Notes under the pieces: generated by a model | What the model was told of the DNA's origin: nothing | Database searches by the model: none | What the model saw: the letters and a program-made list of their open reading frames with translations, nothing else | Shown here: positions 33,871 through 48,590 of the stretch, piece by piece | How the letters are laid out: each line of letters begins with the position of its first letter | Position numbering within the stretch: the stretch's first letter is position 1 | DNA from: Camelus ferus | Lineage: Eukaryota | Assembly: GCF_009834535.1 (NCBI RefSeq) | Contig: NC_045696.1 | Coordinates: 93,808,001 to 93,872,000 of the forward strand | Direction: 5' to 3' | Length of the DNA: 64,000 bases | Position numbers and translations under genes: made by a program

Positions 33871-36800
33871 AACAGGGAGACGTGAAAGCTACTCTCTCGA
33901 GAAGGGCAGCTGTAAAGGGAAGGAGAGACTTAGAGGTGGGGGGCGGGCTTGGAGCAGTGCAGCAGAGGGCAGGGGAGACAGCAAACGTGGGGAGAAAAGT
34001 GAACTAACAGGAGTGGTACGCACAGCAGACACTCGGAATTCTCAGGGGCAAGATCACCAGGAGCAGCACCGAGGGGTTTCCTTGCAGAGGAAAGACAGCG
34101 AGAGCTCTGAGAATGAGACATTTGGTAATTCAGGGAGTTCTGAGAATGGCATTCCAGGCAGTGGGAAAAACACAGGCACAGGAGCAAAAAATAAGGAAGT
34201 TTCAAGTGGAAAATAATTCGGGGGATGCAACATCTGTTCACCTATTCTGTTATAAAATCTTCCAAACCATATGATGCCCTAAATATCACCCCCAGATATT
34301 TAGTCTGTGGACTTAAAAAAAAAAAAAAACTGCGTGTTTTAGTAGTTTCTCACATTTAATAGCAAGTGGCTTCCTGGAGTTTCCCTTCCAGAGCCAGAAC
34401 AGGCCAAGTTGAGCAGCAGGGTAGGGGTGGAACAGTCCCCTGGCTAGCAGCTTCTCGGTAAGAAGCTCTAAAATTTGCTGTCAGAACACTGGATTCAGGA
34501 GGGTCAAGTTTAGTCCCACCTTTGGCAGTAACTCACTTCCTGTGTGACTTTAGGCAAATCACTTCACTTTCGTGAGTCTCATCTCACATCTGGGGAAAAA
34601 CCGAGGGAGCTGGATGGACTACACACTCTAATTAGGGTCATACACATACATTACTGTCTCAAGACGCTTTTGAGAGTCAGAGTTGTAGGTGCTATTCTTA
34701 TTTTGACAGAACAACAAATACAACATTGGTCCCGAAGAAACCAAGGTGTACAGTCCACCTTCCTCAGATGCTGAAGCTCTGAAGCTCTGCCTGGAGACAC
34801 ACCCAGGGTCCCTCCCTCAGGTTCTGTAGCTGGCTCAGTGCCTGGCATGTCCCAGAGGCTCACAAAGCATTTGCCCCATTTCATTTTGGTGAGTGTCTCT
34901 GCATCATTAATGTGATCAGAGCTACCGCTCTGCTCTTCCGGTTTCACTGCCCTGTGATAGCTGCATGTCTGTGCACAACAGCTGCACTCTTCCTACTGCT
35001 GATTTTCCATTCCGTGTATCCTCACATGGCCTCTGCTAAGAACAGGTTTTCAAACAAGGTAAATATTTAGCTTTGAACCCCACTCTTTTTCACACTAAGA
35101 AAGTAGCCAAAGAATGTACGCCACTGGTCTGAGATTCTGCAATTACTCAAAGCCAGAGTGATGGTGAAAAACCTTGTTTTCTCAACTAGATTGCTAGCAG
35201 ACCATTTTAACCACATAAACCATGAAAGAGAGAAAAGCTAAAAAAGTCACCTATACATTTTGCAAATCTCAGAAGCAAAGAAAACATTCTACCTGGACCA
35301 GAACTGATTACTCAAAACCAGGTAGCCCAGGGCTGACCTGTGCATTTCCAAATACAGCACAGAATAATTTGCTCGACTTTTAAACAGCTCAGTTTTTTTT
35401 TTTGAGCAAAGTGCATCTTGGCTGTCATATATTTTCTTTCAACACCAGTGATATTTTATGCCTTGTATGTTTAAAAGTATTTGTCCATTTATTTCCTTTC
35501 CGACTGTAACTAAGTTAGTGGTGGGGAGGGGAGTGACAGAGTCACTCCTTCCGTACCCGAGACAGCTGCCCCTCTGCCCCTTCTGGAATGTTCTCTTGCT
35601 ATTAATTAAAGAACGACAAATATGAGTCATCCCTACGGGTTTATGGGTGACATAACCAGACATTCTGAGAACGTGTCTGACTGAGGAAATGAACATGCAT
35701 TCAGTCCACGCAAGATCAAACAAGAGGGTGGAACAAAGGCTACAGAACGTCCCAGGAAGACAGATGGAGCCTCAGTGTAGAAAGAGCTGGACCCGCCGGT
35801 TTACTGCCTACTCTCCTGGAATAATCTCGGAAACCAGCGGCAGAGATTACATAAATCATGGATGAGACAGTCAGGAAAAGTTATGCTGATATGTTTTAAA
35901 GAACAAACAATCCTGATAAACACCGAGAAAAAGAAAACACAAAGTGAAACCAACAACACTTTCTCCCCTACTAACAAGGACAAAAGAAAATCTCTTTCTG
36001 AGAATTGTCTAGAACGTCTGGGCAAGTGCTAATCTCCAAAGTGTTTAAGACTTTTTCATCCTTAAAATCCTTTAAGATCCAAAGCTCAGAGACACTCAGT
36101 TCTCTTTTTCAATAGCGGCTTCCCCAAACAGAGGAAGTCTATCTGTCTTCACAGCCAAGGGGTTTAATCATCTTTAGAGTCGAAGAAATGCCTTCCTCAG
36201 CCCTGTCCTGGGTGTGTCTCCTGCACAGACCACCCCTCCCCCTAAGGTGCCCTCCCCGGGGCAAACAAGGAGGAGCATCCTTGGAATGTGGCAGGGCTTC
36301 CCGTCAGCTTTCTAGAAGAATTCTGGGACCTGAGGAAGAGGCATTTCTTTGTTTTACAAACAGACACATAGGATGACACTCCTTTTCTTATTCATTCCAT
36401 CAGTGAGCTCTCACGTGCATTTGGAATACTCCCTTTTGGCTGTTTTTAAATCTCAAATAGCTTCCTATCCACCAGCCCTCTAGGTGTTCTTCACCCCTTT
36501 GAAAAGCTACTTCTAGTGGCCAAAAACATGAACCGACCATTTAGTTGTATGTGGTGCCTTTTTTTCTGTCTCTCTTCAATGATCCAGGGACCCTGTTAAA
36601 ATACTCTTAAAAAAGTGAAGATCCTCTCTTCGTGTTGACTTTCGCTAGGATTTTGTTGCAGTCTGAGAGTTGTTACTGACCAGCGGCTGATCTATTTTAA
36701 TCACACCCTGTGGGAAGCGCGGGGACACAGGTGGGAGATGGTGTAGGAGCCTCAGAGGACCAGGAATTAGGGAACTTCTCCTTTCCCTCCACTGCCCACC

Positions 36801-37519
36801 CTCTGACCCACCATAACACCTGCCTATGTTAAGTGTTCTAAGAGCAGGTTTCTGGTTTCCAAACAAGTTGGTCAACCATCTTTAAGTCAACAAAATCGGG
36901 AGGGTGGCCTTGAAATTTAAGCCCCCTTCCGTTCATCGCGTGTGAGGACAGACTGCGTACTAACTGCTGGTTTGCAGTACAGACACGATGACTGTTCTGC
37001 CTCTGCATAAACGCTGGATGGGAAAGAGGATTCACCAACATGTTTCCCCAAACTGAGGATCTCTGGACAGAAATCACTGGGCTCTTTGCTGTCTGGTTGA
37101 CGGTAGATGACTGAAAAATGACTTCAACTCCATGGCTGAGAAAACTTATGGCCTAGAATCAAACTAGCAGTAAGTCATATTCCTAGGGCTCCTGGGTCAT
37201 ATTTTTATCAATGATTAAAATAAAATGATGTTTAAGCCACTTTTAAACATAAAACCACACTACCTGAAGTCCAATGCATCCATCAGGATTCATGGGGACA
37301 AAAATAACACTGTCCACCTCTCAGGACGTGAGAGCATCACAAGGAAAAGACGAGCATCCGTATAAAGCACCCAACTCTATGTTTGGTGTGTAACAGGCAT
37401 TCAACAAAAAACCAAGTAGGAGGTACTGTTTCCAGCTTTCAGGGAGTCTGTGGACCACGGGTAATTGGGTAGGGAAGCCCCAGAGCAGAGATTCTGAAAC
37501 CTCTCCTGGCATTACTTAC

Positions 37520-37729
37520 TGCGTCTCAGCTCCCAGCAGCATCTCCACTCTCTCGTTCGCGTGGTTACTAAGGACCGTCAGCGTGAAGAGGTGAATGGCA
37601 GAGTTCTGTCTGGAATACAGCATCGTCGAACTGTTCTTCCCTGGAGAAGAATTAAGCTCCTCACTGTCACAGTACTCCACCAGTAGCTGATCTCTTAAAG
37701 AATAATCATTGACATTGTAACTTTCTTCA
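37520..37729 (-). CDS. ARHGEF26: ARHGEF26 coding exon (4th from 3' end); PH domain
   Basis: Minus strand tttacag|T GAA...ACG CA|gtaagt; 210 nt, EESYNVNDYSLRDQLLVEYCDSEELNSSPGKNSSTMLYSRQNSAIHLFTLTVLSNHANERVEMLLGAET(Q). Confidence 0.96.
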
Positions 37730-37874
37730 CTGTAAAGAGAAGGGGAGAAAGAACACGTGTAATTCAGGGGTCAAGGCTGTGACACTGTCATTTTTCAAGT
37801 CACATTTCTGGGAAGGTGGTGAGGGAGGGAAGGAGGACAGGGAGGGAGTGATTTATTTTAAAACAGGAATTGGA

Positions 37875-38042
37875 GAGGGGAGGGTGTAGCTCAGTGGTAG
37901 AGTGTGTGCTTAGCATTCATGAGGTCTTGCGTTCAATTCCCAGTACCTCTGTTAGAATAAACAAATAAAATAATAAATAAGTAAAAATAAAATAAACCTA
38001 ATTACCTTCCCCCCTCCAAAAAAAAGTCTTTAAAAAATAAAT
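37875..38042 (+). mobile_element. tRNA-derived SINE (Vic-1-like), second copy, with 15-bp TSD (1 mismatch)
   Basis: ggggagggtgtagctcagtggtagag...gttcaattcccagtacctc; TSD aaaacaggaattgga (37860-37874) / aaaataggaattgga (38043-38057). Confidence 0.92.
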
Positions 38043-38499
38043 AAAATAGGAATTGGATTTTGAATTATATCTGATTATGAATCAATATAACCCTCCAAAA
38101 TTAAACCTATTAATTACTGTTCTTCCGTGATACACTAAGTTGTATCTTAAGTATAAAAGCAGTATTAAAAACAATGATTAAACCCTCTAGGTTTCATCTT
38201 ACATCATCCTGAGATTGTTATAACAAGTGAGACACGCACACATCGTGGTAACGCTGGGACAGTTACGCTTCCCCAGTCTTACCTCTGTCCGCAGGGTAAA
38301 GAGGGCGTCTCAAACCTCCTCACACTCTGGGTAATGAGGCTGCACTCCCAGCCTCCGAACCACCAGACCCAAGAGGGGAGAAGAGCCCCGGAGGTCTGCG
38401 TGCTTCTGGCAAGATGCCCACCCCACCCTTCTCTCCCACGGGCACAGCCTCACCACCTGCTTCCGCCCAAGACCCCCGGGTATTCTTCCTTCCCCTGGA

Positions 38500-39310
38500 G
38501 GCACGCTCACCCCATAGCACTGTGAGTGAGCCTGATCTGGCCCCATCTCCCTGAGCCCCTCGGCTGGGTGCTGAGTCCTTCCACTGCATCCTCCAGAAAT
38601 GCACCTCGCTCAGGGAATCCAGCAAACTCTTCTAAATCCACATTCTCATCTCCAAATTCTCCCTTTAAACCTTCTTGCCTTAACAGAAACTTGGCTCTTC
38701 CTAGAGAACACAGCCTCTGCTGAAGGCTCTCTGCCTGCTTGAGTCTCATTACTTCTTCCAGACAATGATCGCTTCCTCCTCCCAGACAGTCCTCAGCTAG
38801 AAATGATGCCATCAGTCTCCAGCCCACCATCACAGTCAGCTCCAGACCCCTGGATCCTGCCTTATCCTCACTCATGAGTTTAGCTGCTGGCTTACTGTCT
38901 CCAGCACTACTACTTTCTTGAATTTCCACGTAGCAGATCCTTCCATTACCTGGCCTCTCAGTTCCTTGACGTCCCTCTTCTCCGGTGACTGACCTCATCG
39001 TCACCACCTGCCTGTAATCCTCGTCAAACACCACCATCTAACCAGCACCGCCAGTCTCTCTGACTCACCTGTTCTAAACCTCAACCCCAACAACGTTAAC
39101 CCCCATTCCTACAACCCACGGACTCCACCACCTGTCTCTCCACCCTTAAACCCTTCATGTCTCTCATTCATGCTTACTAAATCATCCAACTTGAATTTGT
39201 TGACACCTAGTAATAATCACTCCTTGCACACATACTCATCTTGGCAAATCCCATCCCTGGTTAGACGCAGCTCCCCTCTATTCTGCATCTGCACCCTCAC
39301 AGCTGAACAT
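38500..39310 (+). mobile_element. L2 LINE internal fragment (approximate)
   Basis: C-rich degenerate sequence (ggcaaatcccatccctggtta..., taataatcactccttgcaca) characteristic of L2 ORF2 remnants. Confidence 0.5.
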
Positions 39311-42300
39311 GGCAGAGCTCAGTAGTAACCACTGGGTAAAGGAATGACCATGCAATACATTCTAACATATTCTAGGAACAGTACTGGATAATTACCTTAC
39401 TTGATAATAATGCAAATGTATGATCTCAGGGGAGCTAAGAGAAAAGAAAAATCCTTGTGCTCACTTCTACTAGGAATTTCAGAATAGGCCATTTTACTCA
39501 AGATTTATTAGAGTTTTTTTTAAATTCAGTGGTGGCATCTGCCTGTCAACCACTCCCTTGTAACTCTTTTAAAAACTTTATATAATCTTTTTAAAAATTT
39601 AGTTTGACAGATTCCCCCCTCCACCTCCCCAAACCGGGAAACAGTTATATTATCTATAAAAGCAAAATACTGCCTTTTGGTCAAGCCTATTTGTTGCTAG
39701 GGTAATAATCTGTATTAACTGAAAGTTCTCATGGCAAGAGCATTTCCAAAGCTCTCCTCAGACTGCCTACAGGCCAGCACAACTGCATTCAGAATATATA
39801 AAATATATCTCATATCAAAATAAGGCTCAAAGTCCATGAGATTTTTATAAAAGGAGGAAGCAGGGTAATACCCTTTACAAACAAGTAATGTTATATTTTT
39901 AAAAGACCATGTTTACCAGAAACAAAGCAGAGTTTGACAGAGCAAGTACTGGGCTGCACCTCGCAGGCCTGCAAGCCTCGTAGCGGCCCGGCCTCGAGCC
40001 CCAAGAGAGAGCCCAGAGACGTCAGTGGTTTATTGGCAAGGGGGTCTCAAGCATTCAGAAGGGTCCGGGAGCAACACTCCAGCATGGACTGCAGACGGCA
40101 GGCAGGACACGACAGCAGTCTTTGGTGCTAAGGCGAGAAGAAGGGGCTATTCATAGGGGGAAATGACATCAGGCAGGCTCGTGTCTTATCTGGGAAACCA
40201 GCAGCTGGGGCACATCCCTCACAGCCCCTCAGGTTAACAACCATCATGAGGGCAGATGTTTCCCTTTAATAAACGAGCAGGTGGAGCCGTTCTGGCCTAA
40301 GACAAGATCAGTTACCAGCTGGGGCAGGAGGTGAGCACACTCATGTGAGTAAGACGAAATGAAGCAGGGACTGGTCCAGCAGGGGCCGTGTAGAGAGCAA
40401 GAGGACAGCCATCCTGCGCGGCCAGACCATACAGAGGTGAAGATTTTAACAGTGTCTAGATATCTCAGACAGAGATGTAATAGCCCAGGACTCAGGATAA
40501 AACCAAAAAAAAAAAAAAAAAAGCAAAACCTCAGCATCAAGAACAGGAGGGAAAACCAGATGAATGAGGACCTCTTTGTTACTGTCCTCCGTCTGCACCT
40601 CCGAGTTACTCTTGATCCAACTCACCAGTTTTACTTAAAGTTAAACTTTAAGTTAAAGTTACCTATTTCCAGTTAAAAATAATTCTGCTTCAGCCAGAGA
40701 AATCCAGGCTCCCAAATGTTGTGCACATGAGGTAGTTAGGCAGTGCTCTCAGCAGTGACACTGCATACGTATTCTCTGTATTCCCAAAGAAATAAAAGGC
40801 AAAGAAATCTACACGCTATAGAGCCATCACTCAAGATGACTCATATTCAAAAAGTCTTCACCATTAAGTGGTTTTCACTTCTATTACCCCAATGGAATTC
40901 AAGACCAAGGGTTCACAGGAAACTAAAGTAAATGAATATGAATAAACAAGGTAAGTCTTTTTTTCCTCTTAATTTTCAGAGTTCATGTTTCCCCCAGTAT
41001 TTGCCTAAATACAAACAATACCAGCTAGTGTGTTTCAGTGATGCATTAAATCTTTGTCTTTGGCGGGTAACTAGAGACAGAACAAGCAGACAAATGAACA
41101 GAATGTTTTTTCACTGTTCTCGTAAGGCATGACAACTACAACGCCATTAAGAACGAGGGTGACCGTTTGACCCAGTTCCTGCCTGTTGTCCTCTCACACG
41201 TCCAGCTGGGATGAAGAAGAGCAGCCACCTACCTGATTTACAGCTACGTAAGTTCACTCAAGGTACCAGTTTCCACACATCTGCACATCTGGGTCACTGG
41301 ATCTGCCTGAACACTGAATGTTCCCACTGTTCTGACTTCTGTATCCAAAATACGACGCAGGAAACAAGTTTGCTGTGTTTTTTTTTTTAACTGACTCAAT
41401 AGTGTCACCCAACATCATGATTTTATGCAGACCTGTGAACTGCTTCATTATGTAAATAAGTAATGTCTACAACTTCTCTACTCCTTTAATGAATTTAATA
41501 GAAAAAAACTTGATTTCACTGAACGTTGTCAAGTATGTTGATTATCTTCAGCTGTTCTTCAAACCCAATGGGATAGAACTGAGGAGGAGCTCACTCTTGC
41601 TAGAATGTTCATGCTCACTCACACACACACACACACACTCACTCACATACACCTACATGCTTAATCTCATAAAGGTTCAAAACAGTATTTTTCTCCTCTC
41701 TGAATCCGCAAAATACTGAATGAAATCCATTCTCCTAATGTCAGCAGCCCCTACTCTGTCTCTCAGGTTAGTACAGCAGGGTAACTGTTAAAATACATGC
41801 TTAAGCAGAAGGTAAAGGGGAGAAGCCACAGTCAGACGCAGCGCTTTCAAACCGCGTCCCTGCCTCCGCCAGCCACCCATGCCCAGTAAGCACAAAGCAA
41901 GCTCAGCCAGGCTGGGAACTGACCCCTTTCCTGAGGGAAGCTGATGCTAATCAGACTTTCCCGTGTTTGTTTCCACCATTTAACAAACATATGGTTTACA
42001 TAGTCTTGGGAACAATTTGGATCATGTAATTAGGAAGTTAAACTGCTCAGAAAGAGGCAAATGGAAAAGCCACCTTTCCTCACACGGCGAAGTTTATATG
42101 TCCACTTCCTCTGATTGTCCTGTGCGCGCTCAGTTACCAGCGGCTCCTCTCCCTACCAGTCAGCTGCTCTGCGGTGTAGACAGCGATGGGTCTCCCTGTC
42201 GAAACCCACTTAATGTCCTAGTAACATTTGTTGAGATTCCTTTCTTTTCTTTTTTTAACAAGATAAAAAAAAAAAAAAAAACTATCCCAGAGAACAGGGT

Positions 42301-42999
42301 ATGGTGATAAATAAATCCCTCGCTCACTCGTCCCTGGAAGGCATTCTTCTGTTGAGCAGCTCAGCCAGCATTTGGTTCCCTCCATGCAACCTGGCAGCAT
42401 GGGCTGGAAAATGGTCCACCTTTTTGTGAAGAGTGGACTTCTTCAAGTGATTATTATGGAACACTTTTGACTTCCTCACCCAGAAGTTTCTATAAAGGTT
42501 GGAATTTTTCATAATGGGCGTATATTGATTACTTTTAAATCAGGACAACTCTGACAGCTGCATACAACATACATACGCTTTTAGAACAGCAAGGCAGCCT
42601 GTGGACACATGCAGGTGTGAGTGCAGCATGGCAGACGCCAAGCTCAGCACAGGACTCACGCTGGGAAGGAGCGGGATGAAGGGGATGGTGGTGGAGAGGT
42701 TTTAGGTGTATCTGCAGTATTACATCAGGGATTTGTTTAAAAAGAGCTCTGACGACAGCGATGTAGCAAAAATTAATACCTGGTAAACCTGGATGACAGG
42801 CATGCTGATGTCTGATAATTTTCTGTATGTTTGAAATATTTCTCAATTCAAGGTAAAAAAATTTAAATAATAAATGCATAGATGTGAAGACTGTCATCAT
42901 TCCAGGCGTCTGTGGATGCGTGTGGGTACAGGTGAAGTGACTCTTGGGCAATGGAATCTTTTTTGCCCTACAAACAACTGATTATGGGCAGATAACATC

Positions 43000-43680
43000 A
43001 CTGAGAATACTACAAGGTGTGAGTGAACTCACTGAAATGGTTGGGTTAAAAAAAAAAAGGCTTCTCTATACATGAATGAGTAACACTCAGAAAATACAGT
43101 GGAAGAAGTCATCTTAGTACAAAATATTTAGGATTAAATTTAAATTCCTTCTATATGAAGACAGGCTTCAAATACTTTAGAAGGTCTGAATGGCTAGAAA
43201 AGTTCGATATTATAGAGATAACCATTCTTCCTAAATTAATATACAATTTTAACACAATCTTACTGAAAATACAAACAGGGTTTGGGGGAGCAGCTAGGAT
43301 GGGAAATGGTCAAGCTGATTCTAAAATATGCAGAAAAATAAACACGTAAGAACAGAAAGATTGTGAAAAAGAACGACAGTGAACTAGCCATATGATACAT
43401 TAAAAACGTATTTTAAAGCTACAGTAATTCAAAGACTGAGACTGATAGGCATTTGCTGACAGAGGGATTAGTGGAACAGAACACTGACCTCCAACACACA
43501 TGAGAATGTAGTACATGATATAGGTGACATTTCAGAGCTGTGGGATACTGATGGGTTAGTCAGCAAATAATATTGGGACATCTGGGGAAACGTCTGAAAA
43601 ATCTTTTTAAAGTTGAATCCTAGTCTTACTCTGTAAACCAGGGCATTTCCTTGGACCCAAGCTCTGGGTATAAGAGTCAA
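43000..43680 (+). mobile_element. Ancient L1M ORF2 fragment
   Basis: Translates in part as ...IIEITILPKLIYNFNTILLKIQTGF..., resembling L1 ORF2 'ILPKLIYRFNAIPIKIP'. Confidence 0.75.
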
Positions 43681-44919
43681 GAAGAAGAGGTGGTGATGGG
43701 ACAGGTCTTTCTGGGGGTCACAGACCCATTAGCACCTGCCTCGTGGCCAGGGCTACACATGCAAATACCTTAGGAAGAGCTCCTACCTGTGCCCTTATGA
43801 GCAAACATCTCAGGTACATAGGATGACAAGGAATGAGAAATAGGCTAGTTGACCACGATGGAACCAGGGGTATGAAAGCAGAGATGGAGATGGGGGAAGC
43901 GAGGGGAACAGCTAGACTGTAAAGCCAGCATTTCCACACCCCCTGCTTCTCAGCCCTAACTGTGAGCTGTCTCACCTTCCACCTTGGCATTGTTCCGGAA
44001 CTTTCTTTTAGAGCCAAAATCTGACCAACTACAAGGAGAACGTCCACATATTCCTTTTGTAAAAGAGTTAAATTGAAAAGAAGAGATGCTATCAAGGATT
44101 ATCCAAAACAAAACAGTGATTTTCTGCATCTGTTGTTGAGTGGTATTTTTTTTTACCTGTTTAGTAGCTCCCTTTCCATTGGCTTTGTTTAAAACACTCA
44201 CCCAGCAGCTTCCCTGTCCTGAATAAAAACCTTTACCTGAATCTGCTGGGACAAGACAGCTGCTAGCTGTCTCCCAAGCTAGCAGCTGTCTGTATTTTCT
44301 CACACCCTTGTGCCCACATGCCAGCAAAACTGCTCCCCAGAGTCATGGCAACCCGACACCCTACCAAATCCAATGACCTGATGTCACCACTACCCTTCTT
44401 GGCATCTACAGAATCTGATGTGGGTGAGCACCCGTGACATCCTGAAACTCTATCTTCCTCTTCTAGTGCCTTCTGGAATAGTTCCAAGTCATCCTTTTTT
44501 ATGGTCATTCCTAGACCCTCTTGCTTTTCTCTCAGGGGTTCATAATGATTCTGCCAGTCTCCCAGTGGGTGGATTCACATGAGTCCATGAGGCTTTATCA
44601 GATCAAAGAGATTCTTCCTTCTTTCCTTCAAGGCAAATACAAGAATTTCTCCTCTGCAGATTTCAACTCGTTTCTCTTCCCCTTGTGAAAACACGATTGC
44701 TAAACCCCCATGCTCAACCTTGTGCTTAGCTGGAATTAGAAGACTCTAGTTAAGTGTTCCTAGGATTGACTTATGCTGAAATTTACTTTGACTTAAAGAG
44801 GTCAAAACACTTTTTTCACATGACTGAAGCTGACTTCCATTTTAAAGCTTGGTTTTAGAATTATACAAACAAAATTTTAGTAGAATAATACCTAATTTTA
44901 AAGTAACAAAGTACAGTAT

Positions 44920-45178
44920 AACAGGTACGAGTACAGACTTGATTTAGAATGTCTGGTAAGAATCTCAAGTCCATCACTCACTCGCTTTGTGATCTTCAGC
45001 AAGTTACTGATCCTCTCTGTGTTTCAGTTTTCTCACTGGTAAATTGGAGACAGCAGTACCAATCTCTTTGGATTATTGTGAGGATGAAATGAGATAATAC
45101 ATTAACTATCTTGTTGCAGGTGAAGCTCTTACAGTCATGCCTGGATCATAGCCAGTAAATGTTATCAGCTATTACTTT
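44920..45178 (+). mobile_element. MIR SINE
   Basis: gtgatcttcagcaagttactgatcctctctgtgtttcagttttctc...ggattattgtgaggatgaaatgagataat. Confidence 0.8.
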
Positions 45179-47374
45179 AAATCTTCCCACAGAACATCAT
45201 GCTTTTAAATTGCCTGACATTTTGTTAAAAGCCTAATAATTATAGGTGCTTTGCAAATGAGCAAGTGAACCAAGCCTAATTAGAGCTAAATACTCGTGGC
45301 AAGAAATTCATACTTTGGCAGGGGCTCTGACCAGCAAAACAATGCAAGATACTTACCCAGAAACTGATTTCAAACAGCCTTACTTGCTCAGCTCCTCAAA
45401 ATAATTCTGAAGACTAACAAACACGCCACTTGCTTCCTAATTCATTGTCAAGATAACAAATAGTAGAGAGGAGGGCTGCATTCGTTGGTAAGATAAGGCT
45501 CTGTTGTGATTCACTGGCACCAGAAAAGATGGGCCAGTAAGCCCCAGCATGCCCAGGAAGCCCTCATTCCTGTCACCATGGAGCTCCAGATTCCCCAGCC
45601 TGGGCCCTTCTGGCTGCCAGGGGACATCCTGAACCCATGGTCCTCGACAAAGAGGGGCTGGGCAGGTCCAAGAGGCTGTCCCACATTACTGGAGCCTTCT
45701 CTCTGGTGTAACCAGAACACAGCAAAGCAGGCAGCTACTGAAGTTCGTGACTCCAAATTACAGGAGTCACCCCCACACTCCAATCCAGGTTTATCTCCAC
45801 CGGCTTCTTTGAATGAAGGTAAAATATACCAAATTCACTTCTTTCAGCCACAAAGTTCTCCAGCGTCTCCTAATCAAAATGCAAGGGATGTTGCAAGAAA
45901 ATCACTACTGCAAACACATACACGTGATTCACATCAACTTACGAAAGAAGGAAAGTCGACCAGTGGTTAACCCTCACTCACTTGCAATCTCACAAGGGCT
46001 CTTGATGAGAGGGAGAGGCACGGAGTTAAACTTATTTAAATATGGCTGTATTTCACAGGCCATAAATCCAGGTCTGGCCTTAAGAGTGCACCAAACCTTC
46101 AGCCGTGTAGCAGTGGCTTAAGGTTTCAAACTGGTTTTTTTAAACAGTAAACTATCCTAGAAGCAGAAGGGCAATAACTTGATTTATGCCAAATCTTTAG
46201 AGAGAGACACACAACACTAGGAATATTGATGATATTCAGCCAGTATCAGCCCCTCAACAGGAACTACTCACTGTGGTAAGAGCTCTGGGTGCACCACCTC
46301 CTCTGACTCTCACAGACACTCCAGAAGATGACACTGCCATCCCCATTTGACAGATGAGAACACTAAAGACGTTAACGGCAACTTGCCCAAGGTCCACGGC
46401 TGGGATGTGAGCGCAGCTGTATCTGCCCGCAGACATCGAGACTGTGCTTCTCAACCAGTGCAGCTGATTTCAACACAGAACTGCAACACGGACTCTTCTT
46501 GCAGACTGAGGAAACCATGCCCTCACGACTCGTGACATCAGAGGATCAAAGGTAGGTGGGGTGGTGAGGGAAAAAGAGGAGGAGGCAGAGGAAAGGGGCT
46601 CTCATTTCTCTCCCACTCCATCTCTCCATCTTGATTTTAGAACCCGATCCAAGTGGTCAGAAACAACCAGGTTTCATGTTCCAGGAATAAAAGTGCTTTG
46701 AGTCAGAGTCAATATCTTTATCCAAGATACTCAAAGTTAATTTCCCGAGGAAGGAGTTTATTTGGCAGAGGGAGAGGGGCAATGTCAGGTGGCCTCTAAA
46801 ATGGGAAAAGCCGCCAAACTGGAAAAAGCTCAAAATGGGGCCAGACCAGCCATGACCCTTCCCAGGGAGCCTGCACCACTTTATGCTCCTGGGCATTCAA
46901 GCTACTTAGGAAAATGGAAGTTCTTACTTCAATCTCTGAACATATGATAACGATCTGGAAATATTCTATTACAGAGAATTCTTTCTTTAAAAACTGAGGA
47001 TGTGGAATGTACCGCAGAGTCCGAGTTATGTCAATATACACAGCATTTATGGAACTGGGAATCAGGAAGTGGAACTCTTCTGTCTTAAAATCTGCAGGAA
47101 GGAAATGTTATGAAAAGGAAACGCTCTTCCCCACACTCTTGACGCTAGATTAGCAAAAGGTAGAGGACAGCTCACAAATGCAGTTTGGTACCACTTCTAA
47201 CTTTCTCTCCTACGAACAGCAGAAGTATAAAAATACTCACAGAACAAAAACTTGCTTTGGAAAAGGTGTTTATCACAAGAAACAAAAAAAGTGCAAGTTT
47301 CCAGGCGATTTTTCCGATGAGGGAAAGGTGAAAATATTCTAGAAAAATGAAAGTAAGAGGTAATGAACATAAAT

Positions 47375-47600
47375 TGTTAAGAGAGGAGGTTCTGGAGTCA
47401 AAGACTCAGATTAGAATCCTAGCTTTGCAGAGAGACCTTGAAAAAGAGACTTCAGCGCTCCCTGCCTCAGTGTCCTCATCTGTAAAATGGAAATAATACC
47501 AGGTGGCTGTGATAACTCAACGATACGTTGCACGTACACTGAGCACAGGGACTGGCACACTATAATGCTTGATAGCATAGCTTCTTATCATCATTATTGC
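47375..47600 (+). mobile_element. MIR SINE
   Basis: ctggagtcaaagactc...gaatcctagct...ctgcctcagtgtcctcatctgtaaaatggaaataatac. Confidence 0.75.
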
Positions 47601-48139
47601 TATTACTACTTACCTAACTATACACAATGCCCCAAAACCTCATGGCTAGATCATTTGTGGGTGCAGAATCCAGGAGAATGAAAGAAACAAATCAGGATAT
47701 GATTACATTTACTGGTATAGATAACAAGACAAGACTAGATTTCTGCATTCTTTCAGCCCTGTACCCAGCATGCAGACCAGGCCAGTCTATCCACTTGCTC
47801 TGAATGTGCTGCAGCGCACTCCTGGGCGGGCAGGAGCAAAAGGACATTAACCGTCGAGACACACACGAACCACAGCTGGATGGCCAATGCCAGCCAAAGG
47901 GAAGTGGGTCCTAAATCTCCAATCACTGTTGTCTTTTTTAAATCTAACCCCCTGCCCCCATTTTAAAGGCAAGGTGTTAGTTCTTTTAAAGAGCTCTTCC
48001 TGTTCCCCAAATTGCTCATGTCAATTGGTGTTCTGTGGAATACAAGGTTTCCCAGTTGTGGCTGGAACTGTGCACTGTCTCATCAGCTGCCATCCTGCCC
48101 TGCTTCACGGCTGACTTAAAATGCTTATGGCTCTCCTGG

Positions 48140-48590
48140 TCCCCTTTATCATAAGCTGGCTTCCCCAGCCTCCCTCATAACGACAAGTCTTGTGACCCAA
48201 GATCAATGCATGAGATATAACAAGTCTTCTGAAACTGTCTAGGGAATGTTTTCCTCTGCTGATAAAAAAGCAAATCCACTGGAGGAAAGAGCCCCGTTAG
48301 TCAGCCTCTGTTCCCCACTCTTGCCTCCCTCCTACATCCCTGAATGAAATCTTGGTGCCTGGACCTGCAGGAGCCACGTGCAACCATGAAGCTCTGTGCA
48401 CAGGGGTAGAAGGAAATGGCACACTGTGGCCAAAGACCGGGAAGGAGTGGGTTATTGGTGACCACTGGACCCAGCCTGCTCACCCTCGGTCTTCGTGTTT
48501 AGAGGGAGAAGTAAATGTCTTTATTGCTTGAGCCACTGCTATTTGGGAATCCTGTTATTTGTAACCAAAGCCTTCCAAAGTGACCCAACA
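48140..48590 (+). mobile_element. MLT1 (J/L-like) MaLR LTR
   Basis: ttccccagcctccct...gtgaccc...tgcctggacctgcaggagcc...ttgagccactg...ctgttatttgtaaccaaagc. Confidence 0.6.

Noticed and set aside
38507..39037. Longest ORF in the track (176 aa, minus)
   Set aside because: Antisense to C-rich L2-like remnant, non-ATG start, no recognisable domain, and not needed for the ARHGEF26 frame.
45506..46121. Overlapping ORFs of 154, 90 and 102 aa
   Set aside because: No domain-like features or splice context; consistent with chance ORFs in moderately GC-rich intron.
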